Positions 40,201 through 48,676 of a stretch of DNA of 64,000 nt are shown here, piece by piece. How positions within the stretch are numbered: position 1 is the stretch's first letter; every line of letters starts with the position of its first letter. A program made the position numbers and the translations under genes. The DNA lies in the NCBI GenBank assembly GCA_963704645.1, contig OY969926.1:1088001-1152000 (forward strand). The letters are read 5' to 3'. The stretch comes from an uncultured bacterium (GTDB taxonomy: Bacteria > Patescibacteriota > JACMRA01). Below the pieces are notes generated by a model. The model was not told where the DNA came from. It made no database searches and worked only from the letters and a program-made list of their open reading frames with translations.

Positions 40201-43144
40201 CTCAATCTTAAACAATGCTGGAGTTTATTCTGGAACCAATGGAGCAAACTCTTCAACTTGTCCTACTACTCTTTCTGAAGTAACGGCTTTTAGATTAGTT
40301 ACAGGCTCTCTTCCTATTGCTTCTGGTTCTGGTGGAACTATCTATGAAGTTAAAGCTAACTTTGGTACTAATGGAAATACCAATAGTAATATCTACACTA
40401 ACTTATCTCAAGCCAGAGCTGAAGGTATTGCTACAGTTGCTACATCTAATAGTGCAGTAACCAGAGTAAGTAGTGGAAGTGTAAGTGGAAATATATTTAA
40501 TGATAAAGACAGCAATGGAATAAAAGATATTCTAGCTACTATTCCTAATCCAAACTTTGATCCAGGCCTACCAACTGATCCTATCTCCAACCCTGAAACT
40601 ATCACCAACCCAGAAAGTGACTTTGATCTTAGTGGGGTAAGCGTAGAACTAAGATACGGTACTGGTAATTTAGATGAAAACAACCTTCCAATTGCTGAGG
40701 GAAGTTTAATTACAACTGTAACTACTGATTCAACTGGAAACTACACTTTCCCTAATATCTCAAGCGGTAACTACACCGTAGTTGTACTTCAAAACGGTAT
40801 TCCTCTTTCTATTCAAACTACAGACAAAGACTTTGCATTAGACTTAGCTGCTAATCCAGGCTCTCCAAACAATACTCTTTTAGATAACTCAACGCCAATT
40901 ACTTTAACATATACCAACGGAGTGGGTGTAAACAATATTTCTAATGCAAACTTTGGATACAACCAATACAGCAGACTTACTGGTAAACTTTATGCTGATA
41001 CAAATAACAATGGAATTCAAGATGATGGAAGTGTAAATGGTAACCCAGCTGAACCAGACTTTAACTCTACCACTAATCTAATTCCAACTGGTACCAGTGT
41101 AGTTATTACTTCTACAACAACACCAAGTATTACTTACACTTTAACTACAGCAACATCTTCTACAGTTGTAAGTGGCTTTACTACAGGCAGCATTAACAAC
41201 AGCGGTGTTGGTTCAAGTTTTGGATCCTTTTCTCAAGACTTACCTGTAGGAGAATATACCGTAACTGTTCTTACCGCCAATCCTAAATACATTGTTTCAG
41301 TTTCAACTCAGCTTGGTGATGCTGTTGGAGCTAACCCAAGTACACTAACTGTTAGCTTTGGTCAAACAAGAAGTTCTGGAAATGATGGATTACACCTTGT
41401 TCAAATTCAAAATACAGATATTGACTCTATTGCTTGTAACCCAACTACAACAAATGTTGATACAACCACAGATTGTACTGTTACTTTAGTAGCCGGTAGA
41501 AACTTTAATGCTTTAAGTGGAAGTATAGACTTTAGAATAGGCGATGGAATTGCAGGACAAGGTGGAACTGTTAAAACCTGCTCTATTCCTGTTACTGGTA
41601 ATGGAGGAACTGGCAGTGATGGAACTATTACAGTTACAACTTTAACTTGTACGGGTATAACTGTAGGAAGTAATATTGGTATTTTCCCAGCAAGTTTTAA
41701 AACAAGCAACGATACAACTTTCATTACAGGATCAAGCCCAACTAATATTACAGTAATTAATACAATTCAACCTAGTGATATTGACAGCATAGTTTGCCAA
41801 AGTCCTAAAGTAGTTAATGCAACTACAGACTGTGTTGTTACTCTAACTGCCAATGCCGTAAGTAGTAACAGAGCCTTTAACAATTTAACTGGTAGTATTG
41901 CTCTTAAAATATCTGATGGTATACTTTTAACTTGTCCTAACTTTGCATCGTCTACTTCACCTTTTAACACTCTAAATTGTAATGCAGTTTCTGTAGGAAG
42001 CTTAATAAGTTCTGGAAATGGATATACTGTGAACTATGCTCTTAATGCTAGCACAACTACAACTGACGCACCTAATACTCCAAGTAAAAGCAATTATGTA
42101 GTGGTTAACAATACAATTCAACCTTCTAACCTATCTAGTGTGGTTTGTGATAGTCCTAAACTAATTAACCAAACAACAGACTGTGTAGTTACTTTGGTAA
42201 GTGGAAATAGTTTTGCTAACTTATCTGGTGACATTAAAATTAAGATTAATGATGGACTTGAAACCTCATGCCCTGCCTTCTCTTCCTCAATTACTCCGTT
42301 TAACACCTTAACATGTACAGTAATTCCAGTAGGAACTTTAATTGGAACTTTCAAACCGGCCTATAGTTTAAGTAGTTCAGCAGCAATAGACACATTAAGT
42401 ACTGATGTGGTTGTTTCTAATCCAGTTGATGAAACTATCTTGTCTAATCCATCAACTACAATTAATTGCCAAACAAATCAAATAAACTCTATTACAACTT
42501 GCACTTTCACTCTTCCTACAAATACTACTTTAGCCTCAGGATTAAAACTAGGTATTGGAGATTCTACACCAGCAGGAACTTGTATAGTAACTAATGCAAC
42601 TACAGAAGAAGTAACTTGTACAGGTGTACCAACAGGATCTTTAATAGGGCAACAAATTATTAAAGTGCAGATAGCCTCTGCAGCTGTGGTAGATACAACT
42701 AGTACTGCACTAGTAACAGACACTCCTTGTTCAACAACCAATCCTTGTGCTATTCTAGATTCTAGTCTAACCTACAACCCAACCCAAGCCCTAGCCAAAA
42801 GATATGGAGCTTCTGGTTCTACAAACTCAGATAACCTAATACTAACTCTAAAAGATACAAGATTAGAACAATCTGGATTTACTACAACATGTTCCATAAA
42901 ATATAAATTCAGAACAGATACAAGCTACAGAATATTAACAACAAACTCTACCTACAATAATACTACAGGATGTACAGGAAACCTTCTTAAAGCAAATCAA
43001 CTATTATTCAATGTAGACTTTGAAATAACTGCAATAACTACAAATACAACTACAAACACTACAAAGAACTATCTAATCTATTCCAACTACGATTTCAAAG
43101 CTGGTTCTATTGGAGTTACTTCTATTGGAGGAAGTGGGTTGTAG
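37298..43144 (+). CDS. Giant Thr/Ser/Asn-rich surface protein (DUF11- and SdrD-B-like domains, Cys-containing repeats)
   Basis: 1948 aa; N-terminal TM; SVSGNIFNDKDSNG...TTDSTGNYTF...NFG; three IQxxDxxSIxC..TTDCxVTL repeats. Confidence 0.8.
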   Translation: MSSINTKPNSGIESKPFQKNTSNKNIFNFLKKKPSKILQFSFIALVLGIISLAAYSSLNNGRNVAFAANDPVISLALSQKSGTAPFDSGTCTTGGTSYTPGQDVCDADNVVRTLDTVEYTWTVSVTSDPANNVTVVQTLPSQMIWNSATLPVFCRTGAGFNPQSSYSGQTLTCNLGSFTAGTSTTTNYDQIFAKVKGDNLNSTNILTAPITANADSNVTAGTRTANSTSNTLSPLAISASPRYDLVVFTTNPSEYSIRNNPQGDVGIVVSGVASIKLQGKGVEMPQQPFSFNLGLEYLTPVSSGQTYSGAKLYDWDTNLLGCSGTVNTVGAADYPSKNLNCTQTAPGDTVSLIVNNQDLSGTNAPATIFANVVNFPNIDIFSQKVRFWIPKTDFDKLSGTNFQFRAVGSNFNPVSISGGSNNGTGIESNTLNNVGSVTTFGYNPANPLSGVYQLSDFGGPSGDLRISSGFQVYTLNELGRISVTLLSAGLFNTENALDLCTAIDPTIGRVAGDVALPADPQNIYADFSNSIIEYANVNGFPATSCDDIGTTWVTSPNISSIGGFDNVTRVRIKNINRLSPGIQTILNIPFRFNNSVPNLDVLVSPYQTIIKSATATAGNWQIVGQSREKIVVKMIPRVNFSILNDTPNNNTTTVLLNNPAGGSNTVKYSLKYGSFSQTSNTTDTTSISYRLRLPKGQIYLVGSSRQGVPTVMAAGQPAETSNLFEPSSIITNLDGTQDIQWDISNLPLNNPQSTYPNLTFKTVVSAFTPNGSILSNSVTTLSPDYFNSTVSPACGSGCSLPQSTITVQNLSSFAVEQVPNNPLIEKNKDLGFTLRYGNLDTLNPVASSTHINVFPFSAQTPPRSPATSFTGNLVFKGLVVAPNSASSDPAVVNTNDNITGGAGTVQYTKAVSSSSIASDPCDVSNNPAGSPVNTNPRCAGVDGSVIGTGSTIWCDASLDPATPSIKNYSILNNAGVYSGTNGANSSTCPTTLSEVTAFRLVTGSLPIASGSGGTIYEVKANFGTNGNTNSNIYTNLSQARAEGIATVATSNSAVTRVSSGSVSGNIFNDKDSNGIKDILATIPNPNFDPGLPTDPISNPETITNPESDFDLSGVSVELRYGTGNLDENNLPIAEGSLITTVTTDSTGNYTFPNISSGNYTVVVLQNGIPLSIQTTDKDFALDLAANPGSPNNTLLDNSTPITLTYTNGVGVNNISNANFGYNQYSRLTGKLYADTNNNGIQDDGSVNGNPAEPDFNSTTNLIPTGTSVVITSTTTPSITYTLTTATSSTVVSGFTTGSINNSGVGSSFGSFSQDLPVGEYTVTVLTANPKYIVSVSTQLGDAVGANPSTLTVSFGQTRSSGNDGLHLVQIQNTDIDSIACNPTTTNVDTTTDCTVTLVAGRNFNALSGSIDFRIGDGIAGQGGTVKTCSIPVTGNGGTGSDGTITVTTLTCTGITVGSNIGIFPASFKTSNDTTFITGSSPTNITVINTIQPSDIDSIVCQSPKVVNATTDCVVTLTANAVSSNRAFNNLTGSIALKISDGILLTCPNFASSTSPFNTLNCNAVSVGSLISSGNGYTVNYALNASTTTTDAPNTPSKSNYVVVNNTIQPSNLSSVVCDSPKLINQTTDCVVTLVSGNSFANLSGDIKIKINDGLETSCPAFSSSITPFNTLTCTVIPVGTLIGTFKPAYSLSSSAAIDTLSTDVVVSNPVDETILSNPSTTINCQTNQINSITTCTFTLPTNTTLASGLKLGIGDSTPAGTCIVTNATTEEVTCTGVPTGSLIGQQIIKVQIASAAVVDTTSTALVTDTPCSTTNPCAILDSSLTYNPTQALAKRYGASGSTNSDNLILTLKDTRLEQSGFTTTCSIKYKFRTDTSYRILTTNSTYNNTTGCTGNLLKANQLLFNVDFEITAITTNTTTNTTKNYLIYSNYDFKAGSIGVTSIGGSGL

Positions 43145-43309
43145 GGGGTAATCCAAAAATGAAATTGAGGTATAAAGGTAATCCCTTAACTCCACAACGC
43201 TGTGTAGGGGAGATACCTTATCTCCCTGGGTAAATGAAGGGAAAGGAGGGGAGGTAAAGGACAAACCACCAATCGTAACTTCCTCGTTTCCTCACCCCCC
43301 CACACACCC

Positions 43310-43402
43310 AAACTACCCCCAAGCCTTTGGCTTGACCCCTTCGGGCAAACATGTCGGTTGAAACAAGTTCAACCTGCGCCAGTTTACTTACCAGGGGTAC
43401 TT
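43310..43402. repeat. Third copy of the 51-bp palindrome family with a nested REP insertion
   Basis: aaactacccccaagcctttggcttgacccct[52-nt insert containing ggttgaaacaagttcaacc]aggggtactt. Confidence 0.75.
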
Positions 43403-43505
43403 TTTATGTAGTAGCTTTCCCAGCACCCCTATCTAGGCACGACTGTCCCGTTCTTGATAATTTTTACCAAAACCTAATTAAGAAGAAATGATAGGTAGGC
43501 AACCC

Positions 43506-44882
43506 CTACTTCAACAACTTCAAAACTTCTTGTTCGCGAATTGTAGTAAACTTAATTGTTGGGTTTAGGTTCATTTTTAAAGCGTTGGCGGTTTTGGTTC
43601 TAGTTTCAATTTGGGTTGGTGTACGTAAGTTTCCGCTTAAAGTTAGTCTTCCCGAAAAAATTGGTAAAGTACTACTTTTAAACCAGTTTTTTACATCTAA
43701 ATTAAATGTGGAAGAAAGAATAGCAACCATTATGGCCAAGTCTAAATTTTCGTCTGGGTTTGAATTTGGCCAGCCAGAAATTTGTAAGTAAACGTCTCTT
43801 CCAGTTAAGTCTAGGTTTAAATATTTTTCGCAAATAGCCAAAATTGTATTTAGCTTGGCCGTTTTTATTCCCAAAGCTTCTCTTCGTCCAAAAAAGTTTC
43901 CTGCGCCTGCCGTTTTAGCTGGAGTTACCAAAGCTTGAATTTCAACAACCAAAGGCAAATCTCCGTCTAAAGCCAAGCCGTAAGCAACGCCCATTCCACT
44001 TTCAGTGTTACCAAGCAAGGCCAAACTTGGGTTAGTAATAACTTCCAAACCAGACGCACCCATATTCATAAGCATGGTTGGTGTGGTTGGGCCGTACCTA
44101 TGTTTATTAAAACGTAAACTTCTAAAATTGCCCACATTGGCGTTTTCTAAAATTAAAACAGAATCTACTAAGTGCTCTAGGGTTTTAGGGCCTGCAATTT
44201 GTCCTTCTTTAGTAACGTGCCCAATTATTATAATTGCCATGTTTTTATTCTTACTTAAAGCCAATAAATGACTGGCTAAAGTTGTTACCTGACTAACCGA
44301 ACCAGGAGCAGTTTCAAGGTTGGCTGTAAAAATTGTTTGAATAGAATCTACCACCAAAACATCGAAATTAAAACTGGCCAATTTACCTTCCATTTCTTCA
44401 TAGGAATTGGTTTGCAAAATGTTTAAAGTTTCTGGAATACCAAGTCGTTTAGCCCGTTTAGCAATTTCCAAGGCCGATTCTTCTGCAGTTAAGTAGCAAA
44501 CTTGTAAATTAGAATTTAGCTTATTTTGTAGAAGCGAACGGACCAGCTGTAAAGCCAAAGTGCTTTTACCAAGACCAGGTTCACCCGCTAACAAAGTTAA
44601 ACTAGCTGGCACTAAACCACCACCCCAAAATTGGTTTAGCATTGCCGCTTCAAACTTAAACAAAGGTGATAAATTTACATCTTCTAACCTAGAATACAAT
44701 TTTTCAAGTTTTGTAATTTGATTATTCTGAATAGACGGTTGCTTTTTGCTGGTAGCATTTATTGGCGAAACTGTTTCTTCCACAAAACTATTCCAACTGT
44801 CACAACTGGGGCATTTACCAACCCACTTAGCAGTTTTAAAATTACAGTTAGAACAAACAAAAACACTTTTAGCTAAGGCCAT
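43506..44882 (-). CDS. radA: DNA repair protein RadA/Sms
   Basis: C4 zinc finger, GEPGLGKSTL, DSIQT, GHVTKEG.IAGP..LEHLVD, KHRYG. Confidence 0.93.
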   Translation of the reverse strand: MALAKSVFVCSNCNFKTAKWVGKCPSCDSWNSFVEETVSPINATSKKQPSIQNNQITKLEKLYSRLEDVNLSPLFKFEAAMLNQFWGGGLVPASLTLLAGEPGLGKSTLALQLVRSLLQNKLNSNLQVCYLTAEESALEIAKRAKRLGIPETLNILQTNSYEEMEGKLASFNFDVLVVDSIQTIFTANLETAPGSVSQVTTLASHLLALSKNKNMAIIIIGHVTKEGQIAGPKTLEHLVDSVLILENANVGNFRSLRFNKHRYGPTTPTMLMNMGASGLEVITNPSLALLGNTESGMGVAYGLALDGDLPLVVEIQALVTPAKTAGAGNFFGRREALGIKTAKLNTILAICEKYLNLDLTGRDVYLQISGWPNSNPDENLDLAIMVAILSSTFNLDVKNWFKSSTLPIFSGRLTLSGNLRTPTQIETRTKTANALKMNLNPTIKFTTIREQEVLKLLK

Positions 44883-44979
44883 ATTTTAATGTGAGATGGT
44901 AAGTGGGAAATGTAAAGAGTTGCTTTGGAAGATTAATTTGAAAGTTTATTAAGCCTAGACAAATGAGTACTGTCACCCT

Positions 44980-46059
44980 TGTATATGTCATAAATTTCAG
45001 TGACAGAATTTAAATCTTCTTTTAGATTATTTCTGTTAAATTTTTAACAACATACATTCTAACATAATATGCGTTTAAATGATAATACTTTAACCAAGAA
45101 TTACCTTAGACATATGAAACAATTAGTTCAAGAATATGAATTAATTAAAACAAGGAAACATCCTAGATATGTATTTGTAAATGAATTCTACAAAGCAAAT
45201 AATATAACTAGACAAAACTTCATCAAATATTACAATAGGTATAAATTAGTCTCTATGGATAGTAGTTTAATTCCAAAGAAAAGAGGAAGAAAGTTTGGTA
45301 GTTTAAAAAGTATTCCCTTTATACAGAATAAGATTATTGAACTTAGAAACCAAGGATTTGGTAGATATGAGATACACGATTTCCTTTTACCTAAGTATGG
45401 TAAATATACTCCTTCACCTACGACTATTTACAATATACTATTAAAGAAAGGATTGAATAGATTAGATCCAAGAGTAATTCAAACTAACAAAAGAAGAATC
45501 ATTAAAGATAAAGCAGGAGAATTAGGCCATATGGATTGCCACAGACTAGCTAAAGGAATACTGGAGGGTGAAAAGAATGAATACTTTCTACTAAGCTTAA
45601 CAGATGACTTTACTAGAATAGTTATGACCATACTAATACCTAATCTACAAGCTCTAACAGTTATGCTTTATACTCAAAGATTATTAGCAGTATTCAATAG
45701 ATGTTACAACATAGATTTTCAAAGTATATTAACAGACAATGGACCCGAATTTGGAAGGAAAGAAACAAAAGAAGAAAACAAACAAAACCATCCATTTGAA
45801 AGATTACTGTTAGAATACAACATTAAGCATAAGTACACTAGAGCCTACAGGCCACAAACCAATGGTAAAGTAGAAAGATTCTGGAGAAGTTTAGAGGAAG
45901 AATTACTTAGAGAGCAAGTATACCCAGATAAAGAAAGTTTAGAAGAAGAATTATTTGAATATTGTTGCTACTTCAACCATATTAGAAGACATCAAGGTAT
46001 TGGTAATATTACTCCCTATGAGAAACTTAATTCTGTCACTGAATAAGTTGACATATACA
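44980..46059 (+). mobile_element. IS481-family insertion sequence, copy 2 (1080 bp)
   Basis: Same TIRs and identical transposase protein as copy 1. Confidence 0.92.
45069..46046 (+). CDS. IS481-family transposase
   Basis: Identical 325-aa protein to 9231..10208. Confidence 0.92.
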   Translation: MRLNDNTLTKNYLRHMKQLVQEYELIKTRKHPRYVFVNEFYKANNITRQNFIKYYNRYKLVSMDSSLIPKKRGRKFGSLKSIPFIQNKIIELRNQGFGRYEIHDFLLPKYGKYTPSPTTIYNILLKKGLNRLDPRVIQTNKRRIIKDKAGELGHMDCHRLAKGILEGEKNEYFLLSLTDDFTRIVMTILIPNLQALTVMLYTQRLLAVFNRCYNIDFQSILTDNGPEFGRKETKEENKQNHPFERLLLEYNIKHKYTRAYRPQTNGKVERFWRSLEEELLREQVYPDKESLEEELFEYCCYFNHIRRHQGIGNITPYEKLNSVTE

Positions 46060-46176
46060 GCCCTGAACTTGTTTCAGGGTCTAAGCCTGGAGTGGTCGAT
46101 ATTCGAATTACAAACTGGAGTTTTTCGCCCAAAAAATTAAGAGCTCTAGCGTATTTACTAGAACTCTTTTGGCGAC

Positions 46177-46389
46177 CTAAATTTTAGTATATCCATTAGG
46201 GGGCATTGAGTCTTTAGCTATTGCAATTACTTCATAAAAGTGGCCATCAGTGGCACTTGGGTTGTACTTGTAATAATATTCGTGATAGGGTATAGATGCC
46301 ACCCACTCAGAAACATCATAACCCAATCTACCAGTGTTACTGTCTCTTACAAAAACAACTTTTCCGGTTTTAGCACCTGTAGTGATCAT
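46177..46389 (-). CDS. Small hypothetical protein (paralog A)
   Basis: 70 aa ending PPNGYTKI; has its own promoter-like and terminator repeats. Confidence 0.6.
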   Translation of the reverse strand: MITTGAKTGKVVFVRDSNTGRLGYDVSEWVASIPYHEYYYKYNPSATDGHFYEVIAIAKDSMPPNGYTKI

Positions 46390-46511
46390 TGTTAATTTAC
46401 CTAATTTTACGCTGCCTTATATTTAAAGCACACAAAAACACATTTAACAAGTGAGATTTCTTGGTCAAAAATTAAGAGTTCTAGCGTATTTACTAGAACT
46501 CCTATTAGATA

Positions 46512-46751
46512 TTAAATTTGAGTATAACCCTCAGGTGGGTTCTCGTCTGGAATATGATCATGTCCAGCTAAACCTGAGTTTTTTACTGCAACCAACCGAA
46601 AACAGTTTCCGATGTTTTTCGCCCAAAAAGTATGGACAGGAAAAAAGTACATCCAACTCTTCACTTCTTCAGTATAAGTTCCATCTTCATTCGAGATGGC
46701 TTGCACTTGAATTTCTCGGTCGTTACTGCTAAAATTTCCATCAAATGACAT
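46512..46751 (-). CDS. Small hypothetical protein (paralog B)
   Basis: 79 aa ending PPEGYTQI; same flanking repeats; GGAGAG before ATG. Confidence 0.6.
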   Translation of the reverse strand: MSFDGNFSSNDREIQVQAISNEDGTYTEEVKSWMYFFPVHTFWAKNIGNCFRLVAVKNSGLAGHDHIPDENPPEGYTQI

Positions 46752-47072
46752 AAAATACTCTCCATCAAAATTTGATTTGGCTATTTATTTAAAGCACATA
46801 AAAACACATTTGGCAATAGTCTCATTATGACTTCCTAAAAATTAATAATAAAGATTTACATCGATTTTTTTCAATAATGTCATTAATAATTAAATCAATA
46901 TTGTTGTTCACTTTTTCAACATTTTCACTCTTTAGCCTCTGAACAAATCAGTAGTTATAAATCATTAGATCGAAGATATATATTAATTTCAACCATTGCG
47001 ATTATTCTTGGTTTATCAGTCTCACAATTATTTACCATCAAAATCTCTAGTTTTTTTCCAGCTCTACCTTAA

Positions 47073-47092
47073 ACCCTGAAACAAGTTCAGGG
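47073..47092 (-). repeat. REP-like palindrome CCCTGAACTTGTTTCAGGGT
   Basis: Exact reverse complement of 46061-46080. Confidence 0.75.
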
Positions 47093-47252
47093 GGCGCAGG
47101 CTTTGTAGTTCCCTGCTTAAAAAAGATAAAAATGTTCATAACTCCTAAAGTTATACTTAAAGCTAGACATTCCCCTGCCCTTTTGCCAATAAATACCAAT
47201 TAAGCTACAATTTTAACCGAACACAAACCAAAACAGATAGCAGTAAAATTTT

Positions 47253-48656
47253 ATGCGCCAAGCTAAACATACAAAAAAACATTTACACAAAAAACACAGA
47301 CACCAGGCCAATTTAAATTCTAAAAAGTACGAACAAAATTTAAATTCCCAGACTAGTTTGTACAGCAAGTTGAAATCTATTATAGGCCGTTTTGGCCCAG
47401 GAATTATAACCGGTGCAAGCGATGATGACCCATCTGGAATTACCACATATTCTCAGGCTGGTGCCAGTTTTGGTTTTCAAACTTTGTGGACTGTTGTTAT
47501 TACCCTTCCATTAATGACTGCTGTTCAAGAAATGTGTGGCAGAATTGGACTGGTAACCAGCATGGGTTTAACCAAAGTTGTAAAAAAACACTATCCAAAA
47601 TGGGTAATTTACTTAATAGGGCTAGTAACCGTTCCTGCTATAATTTTAAACATAGCTGCAGATCTAGCTGGAATGGGAGCAGTTTCCAACATGCTTTTCC
47701 CGGCTATTCCAACTTGGGTTTTTACTATTTTGGCGGCTCTATCTATAATGTTTAGTCTAGTCTTATTTTCGTACAAAAAAATTGAAAATATTTTGAAATG
47801 GTTAACTTTGGTTTTGCTGACATACTTAATTGTACCTTTCTTTATAACCCTAGATTGGGGCTATATTTTATACTCTATTGTTTCACCAAAAATACAATTT
47901 TCTAAGGAATATATTGCCATCATTGTAGGAATTTTAGGTACCACAATTTCACCATATTTATTTTTCTGGGAAGCCAGTATGGAAGTAGAAGAACACGAAG
48001 AAAAATATTCCAAAATTGGAGGTTTGGAGAAAAACACATTTGAAGCAAAGAGCGATGAAACTAATTTCGTAGAAGCTACAGTGGGCGAAGTTAAAACTAT
48101 GCGTCAAGACAACGCTTTAGGAATGTTTCTTTCTAACTTTGTGATGTTCTTTATTATTTTAGTTACAGGTTCAGTACTATTTAACGGTGGAACTGGCGGT
48201 ATTGACACAGTACAAGAAGCGGCAGCGGCACTAAAACCACTGGCAGGAGATTTTGCCTATTTACTATTTGCAGTTGGGGTAATTGGAACAGGTTTTTTGG
48301 CCATTCCAGTATTGGCTGGTGCTTGCGGCTATATTGTCTCAGAAATGTTTGATTGGCGTGAAGGCATGAACAACAAGTTTAAACAAGCCAGAGGTTTTTA
48401 TGAAGTTATTTGTTTTTGTATTTTAATGGGATTAGGTTTAAACATTTCTGGTATTGACCCTATTCAAGGTATGATTTGGTCGGCTATAGTTTACGGAGTT
48501 ACAGCGCCAATTTTAATTGGAATTATTATGCACATTGCTAACCGTGAAGACATTATGGGCAAATGGAAAAATGGTTGGCTGGTGAATATTTTAGGAGGTG
48601 CTGGGTTAGTTTTAATGACTGTGGCAGCTGTGGCTTTATTGGTGGTTGGGGTGTAA
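47253..48656 (+). CDS. NRAMP-family divalent metal transporter
   Basis: GPGIITGASDDDPSGITTYSQAGA, QEMC.R, GTTISPYLFFW; His-rich N-tail. Confidence 0.9.
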   Translation: MRQAKHTKKHLHKKHRHQANLNSKKYEQNLNSQTSLYSKLKSIIGRFGPGIITGASDDDPSGITTYSQAGASFGFQTLWTVVITLPLMTAVQEMCGRIGLVTSMGLTKVVKKHYPKWVIYLIGLVTVPAIILNIAADLAGMGAVSNMLFPAIPTWVFTILAALSIMFSLVLFSYKKIENILKWLTLVLLTYLIVPFFITLDWGYILYSIVSPKIQFSKEYIAIIVGILGTTISPYLFFWEASMEVEEHEEKYSKIGGLEKNTFEAKSDETNFVEATVGEVKTMRQDNALGMFLSNFVMFFIILVTGSVLFNGGTGGIDTVQEAAAALKPLAGDFAYLLFAVGVIGTGFLAIPVLAGACGYIVSEMFDWREGMNNKFKQARGFYEVICFCILMGLGLNISGIDPIQGMIWSAIVYGVTAPILIGIIMHIANREDIMGKWKNGWLVNILGGAGLVLMTVAAVALLVVGV

Positions 48657-48676
48657 AACAACCTAAATTTAAATAT

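Noticed and set aside
41400-42420. Diversity-generating retroelement TR/VR pair in the surface-protein repeats
   Set aside because: The differences are not adenine-specific and no reverse transcriptase is present.
9142-46059. Composite transposon bounded by the two IS481 copies
   Set aside because: The 35-kb interior is mostly housekeeping genes, and each copy has its own REP-like target.
48563-48676. N-terminal extension of the 464-aa ORF
   Set aside because: It overlaps the NRAMP 3' end; ATG at 48677 is the more plausible start.
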